Positions 34,890 through 38,737 of a stretch of 38,737 bases of DNA are shown here, in pieces; position 1 is the stretch's first letter; each line of letters begins with the position of its first letter. Both the position numbers and the translations under genes were made by a program. Source of the stretch: a virus (taxonomy: Duplodnaviria; Caudoviricetes). The DNA lies in IMG/VR virus record IMGVR_UViG_3300033067_001866, positions 1 through 38,737 of that record; one strand, written 5' to 3'. Below the pieces are notes generated by a model. That model searched no databases. It saw only the letters and a program-made list of their open reading frames with translations, and was not told the DNA's origin.

Positions 34890-35486
34890 TCAGAGCCCCC
34901 GGATACGGAATGGCGCGACCATCTGTCGCACCACGTCGGGGATTGTCTCGTCGCGGAGGGAGACGGAGACCCCGGCCTCGCTGACCGAGGACTGGCCTTG
35001 CTGGCGGCGCAGGGTGAAGAGATGGCGGGTCTGCATGGCGACGGCCTGCTCAAGGGCATCGTCGAGGGTCGCCCAGCCCGCGGTGATGACCAACTTGACC
35101 GCGCCGGGTTCGGTCGACAGGGCGGTCGCGGAGGGCTTGAGGCGCACGAAGCCCGCGCGGGTGTTCAGGACGTAGTCGTCGCTGCTAATCAGCGTGTCGG
35201 CGCCGAAGACCTCGTTGGGGTCGCTGTGCAGGCTTGTGACGGCGGTGATGTTCGCGGCGTCGGGCCAGATGATGCGCCCGTTGGCGTCAAGCGACAGGTC
35301 GGGCTCGCGGAGGGTGTAGGTGCTCGACGCGAGGGTGTGGATCCCCGCGTCGTTGCGGCAGATGCCGAGGTGGGCGGCGATCTGCCGGTCGGCGACGTCG
35401 ATCAGGGCCTCAAGCGTGGTGTCCTCGCCGGTGCCGGTGAGGTCCGGAATCAGGGTGCGGACGCGGGCCGCGGTGATCACCGGCAT
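34890..35486 (-). CDS. Head-tail connector/adaptor
   Basis: D..LE.LI..A..I..H, TAGW...LEQA; synteny. Confidence 0.8.
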   Translation of the reverse strand: MPVITAARVRTLIPDLTGTGEDTTLEALIDVADRQIAAHLGICRNDAGIHTLASSTYTLREPDLSLDANGRIIWPDAANITAVTSLHSDPNEVFGADTLISSDDYVLNTRAGFVRLKPSATALSTEPGAVKLVITAGWATLDDALEQAVAMQTRHLFTLRRQQGQSSVSEAGVSVSLRDETIPDVVRQMVAPFRIRGL

Positions 35487-35746
35487 CAGAGGCTCCCGAG
35501 GTCGGGGTCGGTGGGCTCAGCGGGCGGATCGTCGCCGGGGGCGGCCTGCGCGCCGGGGGCGGTGACCATCCGGCGGGTGAGGTACGCAGGGCCTCCCCCG
35601 GCCCGCGCTGTGGGGGCGTAGGCGCGGGGGAGGGCTGCGGCGAGTGCAGGGCCGGCCAGCGGCGCCGGGGCGGCGCTGGGGGCATCCTGCGCGGGCAGAG
35701 CGGGCGCCCCGGCCGCGGCGGGGGCTGCGGTCGGGGCGGTGGACAT
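35486..35746 (-). CDS. Ala/Pro-rich hypothetical protein
   Basis: TGATG overlaps on both sides. Confidence 0.55.
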   Translation of the reverse strand: MSTAPTAAPAAAGAPALPAQDAPSAAPAPLAGPALAAALPRAYAPTARAGGGPAYLTRRMVTAPGAQAAPGDDPPAEPTDPDLGSL

Positions 35747-36141
35747 CAGGAGCGCAGCTCGCTGCAGAGGAACGACACGAGGCCAGACATCACAGCGCCG
35801 CTGCTCGCGTAGGTCTTCGCGACGCCCACCGACTCCAGGGGGCTGATCTCGAGGTCGGCGCCGCTGGCGGTCAGGGTGAAGCTGTAGGCGGTGCCGGCGA
35901 CGAGGTTGCCCTGCGCGAGGTTGGTCGTCAGGGTCGAGATCGTGGTCCCGCCCGCGGTGATGGTCAGCGTGGCGGTGTTGCTCGCGTCGGCGGTGACGGC
36001 GGTGTCGGGCACGAAGACGACGCGCTCGATCAGGAGCTTGACGGGCAGGGTGTTGACGCCGTACCGCGCGATCTCGTTGGCACCTGCAGCGGCGCTGCCG
36101 ATCTTCGGGCAGTCGATCTGGTGGTAGACAGGGGCGGACAT
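35746..36141 (-). CDS. Putative capsid decoration/cement protein
   Basis: Directly after capsid; T/A/V-rich; GAGGTG RBS. Confidence 0.6.
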   Translation of the reverse strand: MSAPVYHQIDCPKIGSAAAGANEIARYGVNTLPVKLLIERVVFVPDTAVTADASNTATLTITAGGTTISTLTTNLAQGNLVAGTAYSFTLTASGADLEISPLESVGVAKTYASSGAVMSGLVSFLCSELRS

Positions 36142-36178
36142 GGGAGCACCTCAAAGGGGAGAGGGGTGGGCGCACCGG

Positions 36179-36211
36179 CTGCCGGCGGGGCGGGTGAAGC
36201 CCCGCCGGCAG
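36179..36211 (-). terminator. Strong hairpin after the capsid gene (no clear U tract)
   Basis: 13-bp perfect stem CTGCCGGCGGGGC/GCCCCGCCGGCAG. Confidence 0.55.
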
Positions 36212-36223
36212 GGTTGGGGTCTG

Positions 36224-37837
36224 TCAGCTTGCGTCGTAGCCGACGACCACGTTGACCGTGCTGGCGGAGGTCAGCGCGGCGGCGTGGTCGGGGCTCTCGA
36301 AGGCGTAGCGACCCGAGGCGACGAGGGTGGTCGTGTTGTTCAGGATGTTGGTGTCGCTCTCGAGGGTCAGGCCCTTGCGGGTGCCCAGGATGTAGCGATC
36401 CAGGTCCGCCATCACGATGCTCTGCTTGGTGTTGTTGCCGGCGGTGGCGTCATGCAGGCCGCTGGTGTTGAAGGCGCCGGTCTCCGCGCCGGTGCGGCCG
36501 AGCGGCCAGGACCGGATCACGGGCTTGCCGCCGATGGAGAGCACCTGACCGGTCAGGATCGTCGCCGCCGGGCCGAACTTCTCCAGGCTCACGACCTCGG
36601 TGATCGTGCTGAAGCGGCTCAGGATGTTCTCGAACGACGCGAAGATCGCGACGCGGGCGGGGTTCTGGCCCACGCCGCCGCTCATCTTGGCGTGCATGCC
36701 CTGGATCTTGGCGAAGGTGTAGGTGCTCGCCAGATCGGACTTCGCGGTCGAGCCGATGTCGAAGGCCCGCGCCCGCAGGCCCAGGAAGGCCCGACGGTGG
36801 TCGAGGCTGCCGCCGACGTTCCCGCCGCCGCTCGGGGCGGTGACCGGGAAGACGCCCTCGGGCGCCCACGCGGCGAGGCTGTCCTGATGGGTGGCGTTGG
36901 TATCGCCGTTCAGGATCGCGTCGAAGAGGGCGAGGGCGGCACCCTCGGCCATCTGCGCGCGCAGCTCAGGCAGGAAGGTGATGATCGAGTCGGCGTCGGC
37001 GTTGCGGTCGAACTGGACCGCGCAGGCCATGTCCTTGACGTTGTAGCTCAGCGCGCTGGTGCCCATCGCGGAGAGCAGGAAGTCGGCGGCGGCGCTGGAG
37101 GACGCGGCGCCCTGCAGGAAGGGCCGGGGCCGAGCGGTGCCGAGCGGGCTCTTCATGTTGCGGTCGGTGATGTTCTTCTGCACGAAGAGGCCGACGGGGC
37201 TGTCCATGATCGCGGCAGCGGCGACGCGCAGCATCTCGGGCGCGAGGACCTCGCCGGGGATGAGGTCGCCGCCGTTGCCTGCGCCGATGCCAAACACGCG
37301 CTTGATCACGCTGTCGCGGTCGGGCGCGAGGCCGAGGCGGTACACGCGGTCAGCGATGCGGGCGACGATCTCGGGGTTGTGCTCCTGGTAGGTGCGGAGC
37401 AGCTCGCCGCGGCTCATCGTGCCGGTGTTCTTGCCCTTGCAGGCCAGCCGGACGAGGCCGGCTTCCCACAGGTTCTTGATCTCGAGGTGGCCGTCGCCGA
37501 AGGTGCGGGACGAGGTCAGGAGGCCGTCGCTGACCTCGGTGTGGTTCTGCCCGCCGACGTTGTAGGACCGGCTGACGGGGAACAGCGCCAGCTCTTCGTT
37601 CTTGCCGAACTCGCGAGCGATGCTCGCCGAGGGGCCGTCCATCGTCACGGTCTGCGCGGACTGCAGAGCCTTGAGCTTGTTGATCTCGACGTCGAGCGCG
37701 TTGATCTCAGCGCTGCGGCGCTCGATCTCGAGCTTCTGGGCGTTGATGTCGGCGCTGAGGCCGGAAGCGGCGCGGGTGATGCCCTCGCCGATGAGCTGGG
37801 CGACCTTCGCCTCAAGCCCGGGGATTTCTGCGGCCAT
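36224..37837 (-). CDS. Major capsid protein, HK97 fold, with N-terminal scaffold (delta) region
   Basis: N-terminal coiled coil, GG.LIP, FDAILNGD, G.PVI; follows the protease; AAGGAGG RBS. Confidence 0.9.
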   Translation of the reverse strand: MAAEIPGLEAKVAQLIGEGITRAASGLSADINAQKLEIERRSAEINALDVEINKLKALQSAQTVTMDGPSASIAREFGKNEELALFPVSRSYNVGGQNHTEVSDGLLTSSRTFGDGHLEIKNLWEAGLVRLACKGKNTGTMSRGELLRTYQEHNPEIVARIADRVYRLGLAPDRDSVIKRVFGIGAGNGGDLIPGEVLAPEMLRVAAAAIMDSPVGLFVQKNITDRNMKSPLGTARPRPFLQGAASSSAAADFLLSAMGTSALSYNVKDMACAVQFDRNADADSIITFLPELRAQMAEGAALALFDAILNGDTNATHQDSLAAWAPEGVFPVTAPSGGGNVGGSLDHRRAFLGLRARAFDIGSTAKSDLASTYTFAKIQGMHAKMSGGVGQNPARVAIFASFENILSRFSTITEVVSLEKFGPAATILTGQVLSIGGKPVIRSWPLGRTGAETGAFNTSGLHDATAGNNTKQSIVMADLDRYILGTRKGLTLESDTNILNNTTTLVASGRYAFESPDHAAALTSASTVNVVVGYDAS

Positions 37838-37890
37838 CGTGGCCTCCTTTGGGTGGGATGACCGGGAGGGCCGCCCGGCGCGGGTAGAGA

Positions 37891-38631
37891 TCAGGAAGTG
37901 GTGATGGGGAACAGGTCGCGGACGGCCCGCTCCAGCGCGTCGAGGTCAAAGTCGGGGCCGTCGTCGGGCGGCGCGGCGCTCTTGGTCTCGGCGACGGGTG
38001 CGGCGGCTGGCGCGGGGTCGGCGGCGCGCTCCTGCAGCGTGGCCTCGGGGTGCATCGGCACGCCGACGATGGAGCACTCGAGCAGGTTGTTCTCGCTGAA
38101 GACGTAGCCGCGCGCGGCATACAGCGGGTGATCCGTCGGGTACTTGCTGCGCATGGTCACCTTGCCGGGCACGAAGCCGACAGAGGCGGCCCGCAGCGTC
38201 TTTTCGTCCAGCATGGCGCGGATGGTGCGCCCTTCTTCGCTGGCGTCGGTGGGGACGAAGTCGCCGCGGAGCACCCCGCCCTCGACGCGCACGCGCTCCC
38301 AGCGACCGACGGGGAGGCCCCAAGACCGATGGTTGAAGAACGCGACCGGGTTGGCGGCGAAGCGCTTGAGGTCCCACGTCTGCTCGACCACGTCATCGGC
38401 GCCGTCAGGGGTTCCGACGCTCATCACGAAGGGGTATCGGCCCGGCTCGCGCTTGGGGGCCTCTTCGCCATCGGGGTCAGGGTCGATCTCCATGCCGAGC
38501 AGCGCCCGATAGACCCGCGCCGGCTCGGTCTCGCCGGGCAGGAGCGCGCCGGCGGCCTTGCGGCCCGCGTAGTCGCGGGTGATGGCCTCTGGCGTGGCAC
38601 AGACGGGGGCGACGATGATCGGTGCGGTCAT
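37891..38631 (-). CDS. HK97-type prohead protease
   Basis: NPV.FFNH, PVGRW, ASVGF, LLECSIVGVP..P.A. Confidence 0.92.
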   Translation of the reverse strand: MTAPIIVAPVCATPEAITRDYAGRKAAGALLPGETEPARVYRALLGMEIDPDPDGEEAPKREPGRYPFVMSVGTPDGADDVVEQTWDLKRFAANPVAFFNHRSWGLPVGRWERVRVEGGVLRGDFVPTDASEEGRTIRAMLDEKTLRAASVGFVPGKVTMRSKYPTDHPLYAARGYVFSENNLLECSIVGVPMHPEATLQERAADPAPAAAPVAETKSAAPPDDGPDFDLDALERAVRDLFPITTS

Positions 38632-38635
38632 GGGG

Positions 38636-38737
38636 TCAGTCCTCGATCACGGGGCGGGTGGCGCAGCGGCAGTTGATGTCCTGTCTCGCAATCCCGAAGC
38701 CCCCGGGTGCGGTGGCGGTCGCGCCCACGTCTTCGCC
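38636..38737 (-). CDS. C-terminus of minor head morphogenesis protein (Mu gpF/SPP1 gp7-like), truncated by window edge
   Basis: ...APGGFG...DINCRC then stop. Confidence 0.75.
   Translation of the reverse strand, partial: GEDVGATATAPGGFGIARQDINCRCATRPVIED

Noticed and set aside
855-38676. Many long overlapping or antisense ORFs (e.g. 855..1868 +, 9270..11045 -, 23596..25026 +, 31745..33172 +, 36140..37861 +)
   Set aside because: Arg/Gly/Pro-rich shadows of real genes, expected at this GC content; no RBS or motifs
1-38737. tRNA genes, cobalamin riboswitch, integrase or repressor, alternative genetic code
   Set aside because: None recognisable by eye; known genes read intact in code 11 with all three stops used. 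tRNAscan-SE and Infernal would confirm

Overview
A ~39 kb segment of a very GC-rich tailed dsDNA phage with siphovirus-type morphogenesis genes. No integrase, att site or host genes are visible, so phage versus prophage cannot be decided. Organisation: (i) ssb plus a small Zn-ribbon gene on +; (ii) a minus-strand nucleotide/replication operon (hypothetical, dUTPase, DNA pol III beta clamp, class II ribonucleotide reductase); (iii) a ~15.5 kb plus-strand early/middle region of short ORFs with a YqaJ/lambda-Exo-like nuclease, a RecT-like annealase, a RuvC-like resolvase, ThyX and several Lar-like Zn ribbons, punctuated by a repeated promoter-stemloop-RBS cassette; (iv) a minus-strand late operon (end of a minor head protein, HK97 protease, capsid, neck, tail tube, chaperone, tape measure, tail tip, M15 endolysin) ending in a Mom-like GNAT, an Acb2/Tad1-hairpin-like protein and a Tad1 homologue. 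Most notable: the dUTPase has a C-terminal QLGLF clamp-binding motif and overlaps the phage's own dnaN; four promoter cassettes have exactly conserved spacing; two candidate immune-signal sponges sit at the end of the late operon; tandem NrdR-like boxes precede nrdJ; and the tail chaperone appears to use a +1 UUU_CGN frameshift. All family calls are motif recognition by eye, not database searches.
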